Shown here in pieces: positions 11,846-26,480 of a stretch of 64,000 bases of DNA (positions are counted from its first letter, which is position 1; each line of letters opens with the position of its first letter). The notes beneath the pieces are model-generated. The model had not been told where the DNA came from and made no database searches. It was given only the letters and a program-made list of their open reading frames with translations. The stretch is from Camelus dromedarius (Eukaryota): the NCBI RefSeq assembly GCF_036321535.1, contig NC_087437.1, positions 76,324,001-76,388,000 on the forward strand, in the 5' to 3' direction. The translations under genes were made by a program, and so were the position numbers.

Positions 11846-14570
11846 TTATCTTGGAATTTTAGATACCTTACTGAGGTCACTTATTAGTCTCCATTTATAA
11901 CCTTTGTATAACATCAAGTTGCATCTTTTGGGTAATAGGCATATTTCTAAAGTTTGTGTGCTGTATTTGTAACATACCAGAGAAAAGACTTTATGACACT
12001 CAGAGTCACTCAACAGGCAAAGAAGTAAGTGGGGATGACTCAAAGGTCATATAAATATTGCACAAAAAGCTCTGCAGGCACATGGGAAAGAAAGCTGTAA
12101 ATGGTAAAGCCATGTGAACCAAGCATTTTATATGTTAAATATTTGTGTATATAAATATTTATAAATATATAAAAATTATAATTATGGAGAATAGCTAATT
12201 TACTACACAATTGGCTTATAAATGCTAATCTAGGTATAATTTAGTAAGTTTCCTTAAGCTCTGTCTCAATTTGTATCAGTATTCGTGAATGATTGATTAC
12301 TAATAGAGTCATGTAAGTTAAACTTCAGTTACTTAGGACTAGAAGGCCATCAGTTAAGTAGGTATACCCCTAAATATACATGAGAGAATTCAAAGAAGGA
12401 AAGAACCCTATAAACAAAGGAAATACAGGCAAGTTTTGAACCATCAGTTATCCCTTAATGAATATCAGTTACAACCCTTTGGATCTAATCAATATGGAAA
12501 ATCCTTTGTGCCAACACAGGTACACACACACCTTTCTCTACAGGCCACCAGATACTGAAGACTTATGCATCATTTACTGGAGAAAAACCATGTTAGATTT
12601 TATACCTGAAGGAAATCTTTAAAATTATCTATTCCAAACTCTTTATTTTACAATTGGAATGTGAGCCCCAAAAAGAGAACTTCACATGCTTATTAGGTCT
12701 TGAAAACCACTAGGTGGCAGAAAATGTCATGTCACAGGTAGACAGTGCTAGTCACAGAATATTTCTTTAATTAACATTTATTGAGTATTCACAGTGTATC
12801 CGAGTCTAAGTGTTACAGGTTAGAGAGGTTCTATGTGAGGTTTAGAAAGGTTCTATGTGATGATGTACTGAGAATTGAGCTGGGAGTCTAGATATCTCAG
12901 TTTCTGTCATGACTCATATCTCCTGGCAAGGAGACTCTTACAGCTTCAATTTTCACATCTATAAAATAATGATAATAGTGTATAATAGTATACAAAATTC
13001 TTCAAGTGAGATCATGTGTGATCAAATTTTCACAAGTACACATATAATGTACCATTATCATTATCTTCTGAGTTAATCTCTTTGATTTATTTAGACCAAT
13101 GTTTATTAGGTTCAGCAGAATTTTTGGTTTTATCAGATCACTATGGGGGGAAAAAACAATCGTGCTGAACTCTCCTTAGGCTGGAGAGTAAGTGTAGAGA
13201 ACATACCTTAACCTTTAAGGGAAAGCCTTCAGAGAATCATACACGAGACAAGATGTGCCTACTTTGTATGCTTGTGGGAAGCGTTATTTTTCATGAGCAA
13301 TAAGTGGAATGTAGATATTATCATTTCCTTCTGTACCTACAGTTTGTTTCTCCCCAAAAGGTTTTTCAAAGTTTTTCTGCAATAGTGGTTTTCTCCAAAT
13401 AGTCACTTTCCCCTTAATATTTGACAATTGCTTGTCTATCCCATGTCTTGTCCCTGTCCTGTGGCAATAATTTTCCTGGGCCACTCTCCTCACATGGTTC
13501 TTCTGTCCCTGGCTGGGATTTCCTGATCCCTTGTGGGTTCAGCCTCACTCAAGAAATCACCACCCTACTCTGAAATCAACCAATCAATCATATTCTTAGA
13601 CAAAAGAACTGGACCAAGGATCTATTCAATCTTGCTATTTATATTTGAGCCTGAGTTTTGGCAACCAGGCTCTGCCTTCTTGGAGTTCAGGCTGCCAGCC
13701 TATGCCCATGTTCTAACCTCTGAGAAGCTGGATCTGCAGCAATGGAAGCAGGTTTCTCCCCATAAGAATATTCTCCCAAAATTAAAAGTGCCGAATATTT
13801 TTTGAAAAAGATAATTATTACTATGATAAATACATGTTGAGGAAGTAGTAGGAAACCAAACTATTGAGGAATATGGGAGAGAGTCAAATGGTGACTCCTT
13901 TTTAGATATGTATTCTCCCACCAATAAGAGCCCAGGCCCTTCCCACATGCACCGTTGGAACTTAAATCTGAACCTCAGTTCCATGACAATGTTGCTTCTA
14001 AATCTCTTTGATGCAACTACCTACCTGCTTTGATCTCTAAATTGCAACTTCTCTCTACTGATACTCAGTGGTTGACATGCCCTGATTACATCTTGCTGGA
14101 ATTCTCTGTTACACACTGCTTGTCTAAAGTACCACATATTGTCCATTACTATATTGGAAAGATATGCTAATTTGTTATCTCCATGGTTTTTCCTTGCAAT
14201 ATTATCTGCATGGTCTTGATTTAAACCCTTCTAATGTCAAAGGACCACCCAACGCCAACACTACTATCTTTGAAAGGCAGTGGTGGTTGTAATGGAGGTG
14301 GTTGAAGGAGTGCTGGCATAATTGGATTGAAAGTCCCCCCATTTTTTTTTTTTAATGATTTAGACAATTGACTGGAAATCTGCATGAGAGAAAACACACA
14401 AGGTATCCAGGCTGCAAAGTTAGAAACCACCATCTTAATTCTTTACGGATTTTATATCAACAGATAGTCTGGCTAAATTCAGGATTTCATCCTACTTTCA
14501 ACTCCTTTCAACATTTATAAATCAGTGAACTAACCCTTTGCTAAAAGTGATACTAAATAATGAATGGGTA

Positions 14571-14930
14571 GTGTCTTAGTTTGAGTTCTCTAGGAAACAC
14601 ACTCTGAGCTGGAGATTTGTGTCCAGGAGGTTTACTGGAGCATATGCTCCAGAACAGCCCCTATGAGGGAGTGAGAGAAGCAGTGCAGATAGAGCAAAGG
14701 CTTCAGCTAATATAATATCATAGGAAGCTCTGGAGCTGGGATAGTTCTTTATAGTTGTTCCAAACTGAGACAAAGAGGCCTAGCTTTTGTACACCCACGT
14801 TGATTAGTCACTGAGTGTGCACTGCCCCCAGGGCGTAGGACGTGAACTTGACTGAGTCATCTCTTTCCCTGAGGGCACTTGCTAGGGAGACCTGAGCTGT
14901 TAGCAGTCTGCAACCAATCTCTTTCACAGC
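14571..14930 (-). mobile_element. ERVL LTR16-like solo LTR
   Basis: 'tgtcttagtttgagttctctaggaaacacactctgag' start and 'gctctggagctgggat' typical of the LTR16 family. Confidence 0.6.
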
Positions 14931-14983
14931 TGACAAAATATGCCTGATTTGTGAAAGGGGGGTCTGGACGGCTCCCACAGCGA

Positions 14984-15198
14984 ATACATACATATACCCG
15001 CACACACACATACAATTATGCAAATATACGCATGTACAATATACCTATACACATGCAAATATCTACATGTACATGTACCCAAATACACATACACATTTAT
15101 ATACACATTTATACACAGTACAGCTATACACATGCAGACACACACATGTACATGTATACTCACACATATGTACACACACACATACATATACATATATA
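14984..15198. repeat. (CA/TA)-rich low-complexity repeat
   Basis: Degenerate alternating purine-pyrimidine run; source of several H/T/Y/V/C-rich spurious ORFs. Confidence 0.9.
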
Positions 15199-16239
15199 GC
15201 TCTTCTGCTGTTTATCGTAGTTAATTGACTTCACCCAACAACTGCCTTGATCTTTTTATTTAAACACAGAATTCCTCAAGAGGGAAGTTAGTCCTGTTTG
15301 AGCAAGAAATCCTTCTGGAAATTCTAAGTTCAAATCAGGTTAGTTCATACTCAGAATCAAAAAGTCATTTTAGAGTCTAAAAATAGCATTCTCCCTACCT
15401 CCACATTCTCACCACTGCCCCACAGCCTCACCAGAAAGCTTTTATAATAAATTATTTGAAATGTTTCTGAAGGCATCTCTTTCACAAAGAGAACAATACT
15501 CTCATGTACAAAAATCTGTCTCTCAGCTAATGGCTAAGGATTAAACTGACTAAGGCGTAATGAGGTCATCACGTCAGGTTAATATTAAGGATATTTCTCT
15601 TTAGCCTTTTGGGTCTAAGTGCCAGAGTGGTTATTCCTCTGTGTTAAAAATTGTATATTCTTTTTCATTTATAATAAGAAATTCCATTACAGTAGCACCT
15701 TGACCATAATCTCTAACCTTGTACTCAATTGTTTAATCCATTTTTACTCCCAGCTGACATTGTCAAAAAACTTTTTTTAAAAAATGATTTTTGATAATAC
15801 CGGAGTAATTCCTTTTTTAAAAAATTGTAATGAATTTATTACTGAACTAATAGGATTAATTGGTTAAATGACCTATCTTCATTAACATAATACATTCTAC
15901 ATTATGATAAATTATATCTTACTGTAGTCACTTGACATGAGCATTTTGGGGCTAACTATATAATATAATAATATTTAAACTGATTACGATGTGAGTCGTT
16001 TTTCCCTCTGGTGACTTGTCAGGGTAGGGGTCAGATTCTCCAATAATATTTTCCCATGGTGCCTAAGCCACTGTGGACCAAAAACTTGAGTTCTCCCTTA
16101 TGACCTCTTGTGACTTCATTCTACCATCATTATCTATGACTGATTATTCTTTTTGACATGGTGATGGGCATTAAAGAAAATGATAATGTAAAGTTAACAA
16201 GCTGAAAATGGGCTTGCAATTGAAGTGTGTAAAACAACA

Positions 16240-16460
16240 GTCAGCAGGTAATGTTTACTGAGTGCTTAATATGGGGCAGCCAATGTCCTAAGAGCTTTAG
16301 TATTTTAACAATCGTATGAGGCAGGGATTATTTCTGAATTTTTCAATTGAGGAAATTGAGGCAAGGGAAGGATATGCTCAAAGTCACATACCCAGTGACC
16401 TTGTGAGTTCAGTCCAGACAGCCTGGCTCCAGAGTAAATGCCCCTAACCATTACACAGTT
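16240..16460 (-). mobile_element. MIR SINE
   Basis: 'tttactgagtgctta...gaggaaattgaggca...aagtcacata...cctggctccagagt'. Confidence 0.65.
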
Positions 16461-17254
16461 ACTTCTAATTGAGAGAAATGTATTAGAAAGATTATATTTG
16501 CTCCTCCCATTTCTGTATTTTTGAATATTTTCATTGATATAAATTATTACTCCTGATTTTTTTTTCTTGAAATATAAAGGAATGCAATGGAAAAAGGAAC
16601 ACTGACCGAAACCCCAAGATTAAAGTAGGAAGGCAAGATTTTAAACATACGTAGCTAGTGATATGTAAGGAAGACCTAGATCACACTCCCTGCGCCCCCC
16701 CACCTCCAGCCCCCTCTGTCTGTCTCACAAGAGGAAATCTAGCACTCTGGGATATGGTGAAGATGATGTCAGAGCTAGAGATATTGGTGTTAGGTGTCAC
16801 TTTAAAATTGTGGGCCTGTGGCTTGGCTAGTGGTTCCACCTGAACCAAAGGTTGGGGGAAGGTATAATGGACTGACCCACTGCCACATTTGTTGGAACTA
16901 ATAATATGAAACTGGACAATACTGGCTGATAAAACATTTACATCTGTGAACTGACTCTTGATTATCTTATGAATCTTTTGGATTCTTAATGGCATCATGA
17001 AGCTTAGTGTCAATGTCCAACCCAAAGTAACAAATTTATTTTGGGGGTAGAAGGGGATTTAGGCCCTGGAAAAATTGACCTCAGGAAGAATGTAATACTA
17101 ATTGCCCATGTGTGTTTCTCTTGATTGCTCCCTTAGAAGGAAGAGGAGGGCCTGTTTACACCTCTGTCTATTGGCCATTGTAGTTTTATCTTTTTAGATA
17201 AATAGTGTTCTAAGTGCACTATATCTAAAAGTTATCTTTTTAACACTGTCCAGC

Positions 17255-17597
17255 TGTATTAGTCTGTTTGGGCTCCTATAACAAAGTACCACAGACTAGA
17301 TGGCTTATAAACAGCGGAAATGTGTTGTTCACAGTTCTGGAGTCTGGAAGTCCGAGATCAGCATGGTAGGATGAGGGCCCTCTTCCAGGTGGCAAACTTT
17401 TCCTTGTATCCTCACATAGTAGAAAGTGCTAAGGAGCTCTGTGGGATCTCTTTTATAAAAGCACCCACTCCATGTGTAAGAGTTCCACAACATGACCTAA
17501 GCTCATTCTAAAGGCCCCACCTTCTAACACCATTATATTGGGTGTTAGGATTTTGATATATGAATTTTGAGGGGACACAAACATTCAGACCATAGCA
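17255..17597 (-). mobile_element. MLT1A-like MaLR solo LTR
   Basis: TGTATTAGTC...CAGACCATAGCA termini; 5-bp TSD CCAGC/CTAGC (one mismatch). Confidence 0.85.
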
Positions 17598-18429
17598 CTA
17601 GCTTTTTGTGTGTATGTATGTCAACCTAATATTTTATATACTAGTAAATGATGTTTTTGCACTGATATAATCTTTTCTTTCTTTCCTTTCTCCGTTGACA
17701 TCCCCTTCCATCCTCAATTCAAGCAGCTAGTTTCTTTAAGCTCATTGCCTCATTGGAAGAATGTACAAGGTGGGAAAGAGAAACCAAAAGTGCCTTCCTG
17801 TTTTTGGTCCATAAACTATGGTACCTAGGGGAAACATCACAAGTGAAAGTTAGACTTCCTTCCCCTAAGTCCCCAAAGGAAAAATACACTCCCAAACCTA
17901 TACTGAAGATGGAGAGAGACTGAAGAAATGAGCAGAGAAGTTGAGAAGAAAAGAAGATGGCTGGACTTGAAAGGGCTAATACAGCCAGGAATGATGGCTG
18001 CCTCAGAGCAGGGCCCCTGTGAGAGGTATTGTCAAGTGCCCAAGGGCTTCCTGAGATTGGAGTCTGTATCCTTCCATGCAGGGACTCTGCTGTTGCCTTT
18101 CCCATTAGAACCTAGTGGGGATTTTCTTGGCCAGGCCAGGATTTTGCCTGGTGATGTCCAGCAGGAGTGTTATCGCACATCCTTTTCCAAGCCTTTGTTC
18201 AAAGCCAACCTCTGCCCAACTATGCAGTGTAAATGAATCTCTCTTTCCCCCAGTTTTCATCCATAGAGGAAGAGTGGGTCCTTGAAGACTTAGATCAGGC
18301 TGGAAATAGAAAACCTGATTGGAACTAGCTCAAGGTCCCAAACATCCATAAGCAGGGACAATGCAAAGCCCCTACTCTTACTTACTTTCTTAAATTGAAG
18401 TATCTTACTTGATAATTCTATGACATTTG

Positions 18430-18970
18430 ATTCTTCTTTTTTTCTGCCTCTATTCACTTACATCTCTGGATGCTTCTCTTAAAGCTTTGTCTCCTCCTTT
18501 TTTCCTGCACATTTTATAATGTTGGTGTCGTAGGTCCCCTTTCATTGCTCTTCTCTTTTCATTTTACATGACAATAACTACCATCAACATTGCAAAATTC
18601 TCAAATCTGTTCCATTAGCTTAGACCCCTCTCTAAGCTCAAGATCTACATATCAAGGTACCCAATGAACATCTCCTGTTTAATGTACCACAAACATTTCA
18701 ACTCAGAATATCTACAACTTTGAACTCACATTTCCCCACTCCCAGTTTTCTCCTCCTGTGTCTTAAAGAATGTCACCACTATTCTACTATATTTCAGGAT
18801 AATTTGGCAGTCATCCTTGTAGTCTTCCCGAGCCTCATACCCAATTGACCTTCTAATTCAGATCTTTTTGAACTTACAGAATTCTGACCCTCAATTTATA
18901 GAATTCTGACCCTCATTTTCTTGTATGGATCAGTGCCATCAACTCTGTATAGGACTCCCTGCCCCTGTTC
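18430..18970 (+). mobile_element. L2 fragment
   Basis: Pyrimidine-rich L2-like motifs 'ctcaaatct...gacccctctctaagctcaaga...catttcaactcagaatatct'. Confidence 0.5.
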
Positions 18971-19619
18971 TCTCAAAATCTCAAAAAGCAAATCTGCTTA
19001 TGCTATCTCTCCATAGAGGCTCTGGGATAAATTCTGAAATCTTAGCAAGTCCTGCAATGACCAGTCTGAGGTCAGAGGTTAGGGTAGTCTTCCTAAGACC
19101 AAACATTGGTAGACAAGGAAGATAGATTTGTTTAGCAATGAGCTGGCCTAGGAGCTCAGGAGTTCAGTCTCTGTTTGGACCTCAATGCGGCTTATGAGAG
19201 TAGATTGCTGGCCTCTTTTAGGCATAATTTCAATTTTGTAGCTTTCTTGGGCATCTGGAAATCTCAGAAACAGCATTCAGTGCTATAATAATTTTATGTA
19301 AAAGAAACTATTTTCAAAACACTAATATGCTTTAATCTTTTATAATTTGGTGTACTTGGAAATATCCATTTGCTTCAAGGGATGCTTATTGTGTGGGATT
19401 ACATGCATTACATCAAAAGTGCAAAGAAAAAGGATTGCTATCAGCTTCTAAAATTCTAAACAAGACTTTAAGCAAGACAGTTTGTTAGAAAAACAGGCTT
19501 TATAGAAAAAAGGATTATAAAAATTCCCTCAGAATATAAAAAAAATTAGCCTAGAAAATTCAAAATTTACTGTTTCTTTAATAGTGTAAAAAAAGATTTC
19601 CCTTTGCCTGTGACCCATA

Positions 19620-19991
19620 CCATGCAACTTGTTCCCCAACAGTTTACTTTTTCTCCTAGACACATATCTAGATTACAGTTCTCAGCCTCCCTTGGATTTA
19701 GGCATAGCTGTGTTACTGAGTTCTGGTCAGTGGAAGTGATTTGTGTCATTGCCACAACCTTAGATGTTTCTTAGCAATCTCATAGGTAGGATTCCTCAAG
19801 GACCAAGAGAAAATCAGAACTGCATGATGGAAGAAACTTTGTCCCTGTATGGCCACATAGAAAGGCACCTGACCAGGAACACACATATTGAACTGTGACA
19901 ACATAAATGAGATATAAAGTTTTTGTTATGTTAAGCCATGAATACTACAAGGCATATTTGTTACAGCAGTCAGTGTTCTCCTAGCTACTAC
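19620..19991 (+). mobile_element. Old MLT1 (H/I/J-like) LTR
   Basis: 'tctcagcctcccttggatttagg...actgagttctgg' and 3' 'gttaagccatg...tttgttacagcag'. Confidence 0.6.
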
Positions 19992-20484
19992 AAAGATATG
20001 ATTCAGAGGACATGGAAAGCTCTTACTGGATTCAAGAGATTGTGAAAAGGAGGAAGGAAGGGAAGATAAAGAAGTAGAGGAGTTCCCATCATCCCTCTCT
20101 AGGTTTGGCTTAGACAACAGAGGTGTGGTGTGTTAGAGAAGTTGAGGAAACAGCAACTGCCTGAAGGCTTTTGCCTTTCTTCACATGTGGAACTCAGGAA
20201 GGAGATGCCTCACAGACCATCCCACATCAAAACTGGGAGTAACTGAATCAGAATACACTCAAAAGCTTGACAAAGTTGAGAGGGCTGAAGATATTCCAGA
20301 ATTTAACTTTCCTGACTCACTCTCAATTTCTCAGTTGTGGCTGGGATCAGATGTTTTCTCATCCCCTTGAAGAGGAACCCAGAATTCCTCTGACTGGAGA
20401 GCAGGTCACTGTATCAGAGGGGGGCTGCTATAGAAGAGGGGGTGAAGTGGCTTGAAAAAGGGCTATAGGGTGGGGAGAGCTAGG

Positions 20485-20486
<2 letters not shown>

Positions 20487-20524
<38 letters not shown>
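20487..20524. repeat. (TG)19 microsatellite
   Basis: Perfect TG run. Confidence 0.95.
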
Positions 20525-20528
<4 letters not shown>

Positions 20529-20999
20529 GTCTGTAGCACTAGAGAGGACAGAGATGGGACTGAATCAACCAAGGAGGGATGTTGAACCCTTCCCACCATA
20601 TAGACCAGCCCGTGAGTTTACATCAGCATCCCAACATCATCCTTAAATGTCAGGAGGATACTCAAATAAAGGATCTTGCTGTGGAGATGGAAGCAAGGAT
20701 CAGAGGACCTTCTGCCCCTGCTGTCTGGAGATTACATGAGCCACACAATTCCCCATATTTTCTATTCTAGGTATCACTTTAGGGATGAGAAGGGGGAAGA
20801 GCAGGCATCTGAAAGACAAAAAACTGAGTCATCCAAAGGAGATTTAAAAAAATTGCATAGGGAAATGAAATTCTGGTAGACTGAACATTTGAAATGAATG
20901 GAGATAATGTAAAACAGAAAAATCAAAATACTGTAGATTAACAATTTTAAAATGCTGTCACTACTTAGCAGGATGATAGTTCAAAAGGAAGATTAGGCA

Positions 21000-21235
21000 G
21001 GGGGAGAGTATAGCTCAGTGGTAGAGTGTGTTCTTGGCATGGATGAGGTCCTGGGTTCAGTCTGCAGCACCTGCATTAAAATAAATAAAGTAAATAAATA
21101 AACCTAATTACCTCCTTCCCCCCAGAAAAAAATTAAGTAATAATTAAAAAAATAAAATAAAATATATTAGTTGGACCAAAAAAAATTTAAAACCAAAAAC
21201 AAATCAAAAATAATCCCCCCCCCAAAAAAAACCAA
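21000..21235 (+). mobile_element. tRNA-derived SINE (camelid-type), full head
   Basis: GGGGGAGAGTATAGCTCAGTGGTAGAG (A box), GGTTCAGTC (B-box-like), 'aaataaacctaattacctcc' and A-rich tail; 17-bp TSD AAAAGGAAGATTAGGCA at 20983-20999 and 21236-21252. Confidence 0.88.
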
Positions 21236-23903
21236 AAAAGGAAGATTAGGCATGTTCTGGAGATTAAAAGAACCAAGTATTATTTGCATATGTGAGTATC
21301 CCTCAGGTATGATAGTGAGTCATCTGTCTTTTGTTATTTTTTGTTGTTTTTAATAAAATCATCTCTTATGCCAAAGAAAAAGTCTTGTTTCGATTTTCTT
21401 ATTCTCTCGCGCCACTCTCAATTCTCATAGAAAATTATCTTTTTTGCTCTTCCTTGCCCACACCCCATATTTCCTGGTCTGAAGGAGAAAGAAGGAGAAA
21501 TTTTTCTGTTACATGTGGGGGCCCACACTGGACTTTGTTGCCTGAGATATATTTTTCGTTCACCTCTTGCCATTTCTGAAGACAGGAAAACTCTTATGGT
21601 TAATATATCTTAAAAGTTTTCAGGCAGTGGAAAGAGTTGTAGAATTGTGAGAGAAGTCATTTCTTGAGCATATGTGAACCAAGAGATGCTTCATGGTATT
21701 TCTTCATTTTATTGTCTCTCCCAGTCGAGCTTTTTGGCATTGATAACAAGTAGTTGAATTTAATGTAAATTTGGATCCCTGATTCTTTCCTTAGAATATC
21801 TGCAAAAAGATATCTTTATGATGCAGCACTGAAGTGAAAATAAATTCTGTACATAGAAGATTGCTTGACATGTACTCCAGGTGATAGAATTAACGGGCAT
21901 TGAACTTACCAAATCTCTTGCAACAGACCATAGGATTTCCAATGCAGGGAGAAGTCTGTGTGATTAGTTTGTTTTCACATAGGACCATTATTCAGTACTG
22001 GAATATAGATTTGTAAAAAGTTTCTGGCTAACTTTTAAGAGAAGCTATTTGACCTAGAGTAATATTTAAGTTAATAGTGGAGAAAACAAAACTCTGAGCT
22101 TAACCAAATAGGAAGTACAGAGGAGGAAATCCTAAAATAATTTGATATGGTTTAAAAATTTACTGTCAGTCTTGGAAAAAAAACAGTCAAGACTACAGGC
22201 ACTGGTGAAAATCTAACTATAACCAACCTACAAATGACTGAGAGTGATTTAGAAGGAACTCCAGATCCCCTAGACTCTCACAAGCAGATAATGTCAGGAA
22301 GGTTGAGGTCGAATTCTGGTTTAGGTATCAAAAAGAGAAGAGTTTAGATTGATAAGTGAGTGGTATTTTTAGTTGGCTTTAAAAGAAAATTAGTACATTT
22401 AGTGTAGTGTTTCCATTTTTAACTTGAAACCTTTTATAAAGTAGACAGTGTGTTCTATCATCAGTGGCCACTTAGACTCAAGAAAATGTGGACGTTATAT
22501 TGCCCTCCTCTCCACCCCTCTTCTTGATCTTGTCTCTGCTGCCCAGCTGATCTCTTACCACTCCCTACCTCTCATTATCCAGCCATGCTGAACACTTTCT
22601 GGCTCTGTAAATATTCCACGCTTTGTCAACTTTTCATACCTGTGTGTGTCACATCCTCTGCTTGGCCTGCTCTGTCCTTTCACCCACCCTCAAATGCAAG
22701 TTTCCTGACATGTTACTACTCACACTTTAAGACTCAGCTCTGGCATCACTTCTGTAAAAGATTTTCCCTGACTGTGTACCACCTCCATATTGCACCCTGT
22801 GCTTATCTCTGGCACTGCACTTACAGTGCAATCTTATATTTTTACTTGTATCAATTCAACAACACACAAACAAAAGCAAACATATTTTTCATGCAGCATG
22901 GCCTCTAAATGGAAGCCAAATTCTTCATCTGGTGCTTAACTGAAGAATCTCTGATCTGTTTTCATACTGGGGGGGTGTGATCACACTGTGTGATGGGTTT
23001 ACTGAGTTATTACAGTTTGTTGTATAGAGTTGCTGGGCTCAATTTGCAAAAAGCAGAACTCATTCTAGATATTTTAAGCAGGATAAACTATAATTCAAGC
23101 AATCAGGTCCATACATATTCATCAGAGTGCTACAGACTATGGTTGAATCTTTCAGAATAAATTCCAGAATAATACTGCTACCTGGCCTGCCAGGAGTGCT
23201 GCTGCCTCTCACAGGGCAGGAAAGTGGAGTTAGGAGCTCACTACTGACCTGCTGAGTTCAAGAACACAGTGCTATAGCTGCTATTTGGGGGTTAGGAAGC
23301 CACTGTTATCCCCACTGCACCTTGGTATGGGCACTGGAGCACTCTGTGGAAAAGCCAGATACTCCAGGACTGTGCCTCTGAGCAGCAAGCAGTAGGAAGA
23401 TGGGCTCATCCTCACTTGTAGAGTCAGTCTCATGCAAAGGACAAGAGGACTGAGCCAATCTGTACTGAGAAACCTAGTGGCAAGGGATTCTGGGCAAAGT
23501 AGTTTTATCTCTTCAACTAGTGCAGGTCAGGAGCATGCTCTAGGCAGCTGAATTGAATGCTGAATGCTAATTCCCTACATCCACCATGACCAGGTGTGCT
23601 GTGCATTTTGAACAAGTTTTGGACTTCTCTTTGGTAATTTTGTTAATGTATTAAAACCATCATCTCACATAACTACAAATCCATGGTATGTTTTAAGACA
23701 GTTGGCTTCTTTGTCTTTTAGTAGACTGAGCTCTGAACAGAGACTATGCTCTACTCATCTTTGGAACATACTATCTAGTACTGTGTCTAGTCGAATGAAT
23801 GAATGTATCAATCAATAAGCCGGTGAATGATTCTGATTTTCAAAAAAACCTGTGTCCCTTTGTCCTTTTTTGAATCAGTTAATTCCTTTGACTTTTTCTA
23901 CTT

Positions 23904-24119
23904 CAGTTGTTTTCAATCAGGGGCAGTTTTGTCCTAAGGGACATTTGGAGATGTCTAGAGACATTTTTGAGTATAACTATTTTCAGAGGACAGTGCTATT
24001 GGCATTCATTGAGTAGAGACCCGGCTTGCTGCTAAATATCCTATAATGCATAGGACAGCCCCCTAAAACAAAGAGTTATTCAGCACAAAATGTCAGTAGT
24101 GCCAAAGTTGAGAAATCTG
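23904..24119. mobile_element. MER20 hAT-Charlie transposon
   Basis: 'ggggcagttttg...ggacatttggagatgtctagagacattttt...tgctgctaaatatcctataatgcataggacagccccc...aaaatgtcagtagtgcc'. Confidence 0.85.
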
Positions 24120-24834
24120 CTCTAATTACTTCTTCTCACTCTGTCTGCCACAATATTCTTATGTCAATAGATCAGAACCCTTGAGAATTTGAACTGTCTC
24201 AGCATTCAAATCCTCATCAATCTTTTTCCTCTTTGGCAGGGGTTTCCCCCTGTCGTCTCTCATTCCATGTTAATCATTCTAGTCCCGTGTGTACTAATAA
24301 TGGACCTCAGGGACACAGACTGGCCTTTAAGTTTCATATTAGAATGTTACTAGAGGAAACTTTGAAGTGTCACTTTTCAACTTTTTAAAAAAATCTCACA
24401 GGTCTAGATTTGGAATTAAAATTTCATTCAACTTAGAAAGTGTCTCAAAAAAGTGAGAGATGTTATTCTAATATATTTTGAACCTTGATGGACAATACAC
24501 CAATTTTACTGAATTAATTGATTTTTTTACATTTTTCTTTCTCCCTTTTAAAAATAACGTGACAGTTGTCTGGCCAGTAGTCTTTATGAACAATGGATTT
24601 TTCCTCTTAAACTGAACTTCCTAGAAAAATTCAGGAAGTTAGTAGAAATATGTCCTTTTTCATAATTAAATACTTCTGGAAGTATAAATATACCAGAATT
24701 AGATAATTAAGGTAATTAAATACTTATCATAGTTAAAACACAAGTATTTAGTCATAATTAAGTGATATGTGTCTATGATCAGAACAGGAAGTAAATTTAG
24801 GTCTTAAAGCCAGAACTATATGAAACTCAGGTTA

Positions 24835-26480
24835 TGCATCCAACAAATCTTGCTGAGCACCTACTATTCCCTTCTGCTTACCATTGAGAATGTTAGTGAG
24901 CATATTATAACCAGTCCCTTCCCTCACCCAGCTTATATTATTTAGTTAGAGTTTCCCTACTAGATAAACACAAGTAGAATTTAATTACTATGGTGACAAG
25001 ACCTATAATTAATCATGTTAGTATGAAAGTAAATAGGGAATCTGAGACTATTTCTAACTTAATCAGGAGAGAGTTCCTTAAGAAAAGAGTGATTAAGCTC
25101 ATACCTGAATGATGAGTAAGAGTTAGCTGTGCATAGTTTGGAGGAAAAGCAGCATTCCTGGCAGAGGCATATATGTCTTGGGGCAAAAAAGAGATTGTTT
25201 GTTCAGGAAACACAAAGAAAGATTTTGAATTTAATACTTTGAACTGGGAAGCCATGAAGTGGTTTTAGTAGAGTAATGATTTGATCAGATTTACATTTTA
25301 AATGACTGTTCTCATTGTTACATGAAAAATGGGGCTGGAGCAAGAAAAAGTGGGTTTGAGGAAACCAGCAGGAGGGTAATTTGAGTAGTCCAGGTGAGAG
25401 ACGATGGTGACTTAAATTGGAAAGCAAATGGATTTAAGTGGCAGAGTCAACTGAATTTGTGATTGATTTTTGGGGAGGAGGGGAGGGAGAGGCTGGGGAA
25501 GAGTCATTGAAGGAGAGGGAAGCATTAAGGATGGCTGACAGACTTCTGACTGGAGAGTCTGGAAGGATGTTGGTACCATTTACCATCATAGGTAATGCTA
25601 GAGGAGAAGCAGTTTTGGGGCAATGCAGTTAAAGAGACCATTTATTTGGAGGCATGTTGTATTTGAGATTCTTATAACACCTTCAAGTGTCCCAAATGGA
25701 GATAATATAAACATTTGGACCTATGAGTCTGTAACTCAGAAGAGCAGTCTGGGCTGGAGATATGATTTTGAAACCATTGCCTATAGACAATATTTGAAGA
25801 TTTGGGAGTAGATGAGATCACTTTGGGAGAGAATTGAAGAGGGCCCAAGACTGATGAGTCCCGAGGGAGGTCCATACAAAAAGGTGCTTAGAGAAGGAGA
25901 AATCTGCAAAACCGCCTGATAAGTCAGAAGAAAAACAAAGGAAGTATGGGGACATGGAAGACTGGAAGGCAAGGAAGGAGAACTACTAGAGGGAGGAGTA
26001 GAAACCTGTACACTACAGAGGAAGCTGGGAGTTAAAATAAGATAAACATGAACATTTTCATTGACTTGGCAATATGCAGGTCATGGGTGACTTCATGCTA
26101 GAATTTAGGTGGTAAGAGCAGAAGCCAGATTGAAATGGATTGAATAGTCAATGGTAGGAGGAAGTAAAAATTGAAGCTGTAGCTATATATTTTGTAACTG
26201 GGAGAATAGATAAGATTTTAGTTGGAAATTTGTAGTTTAGTAAAATTTTGGTTTTGTTTTTTTAAGGTAGGGAGACAATGGTATGTTTAAATGATAAGGA
26301 AGAAAGTCTAGTAAAGAAGGAGAGTTTGAAGTTACGTAAGAGACAATGGATGTAATCCAGAGGGGAAGTTCCTGAGCAAGTGGGAGGAGATGGGATTCAC
26401 AGCATAGATCAGGAGATTTTCCCATGATAGAAGACACTTTCTATTTAGTAACAGGAGGAAAGAGATAATGAATGTGAAGT
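24835..26480 (-). mobile_element. L2 LINE (long degraded fragment)
   Basis: Antisense L2 3' end 'catccaacaaatcttgctgagcacctact' followed by purine-rich L2 body ('tagtccaggtgagagacgatggtgactt', 'gtctgggctggagatatgattttg'). Confidence 0.7.

Noticed and set aside
14924..15224. Several His/Thr/Tyr/Cys/Val-rich ORFs
   Set aside because: Translations of a CA/TA low-complexity repeat
18878..18915. 22-bp-period tandem duplication AGAATTCTGACCCTCA (similar case at about 12820-12860)
   Set aside because: Two-copy slippage duplications with no spacer array; not CRISPR-like or otherwise notable
21000..21072. tRNA-like sequence with A and B boxes
   Set aside because: SINE head with A-rich tail and TSD; not a plausible functional cloverleaf
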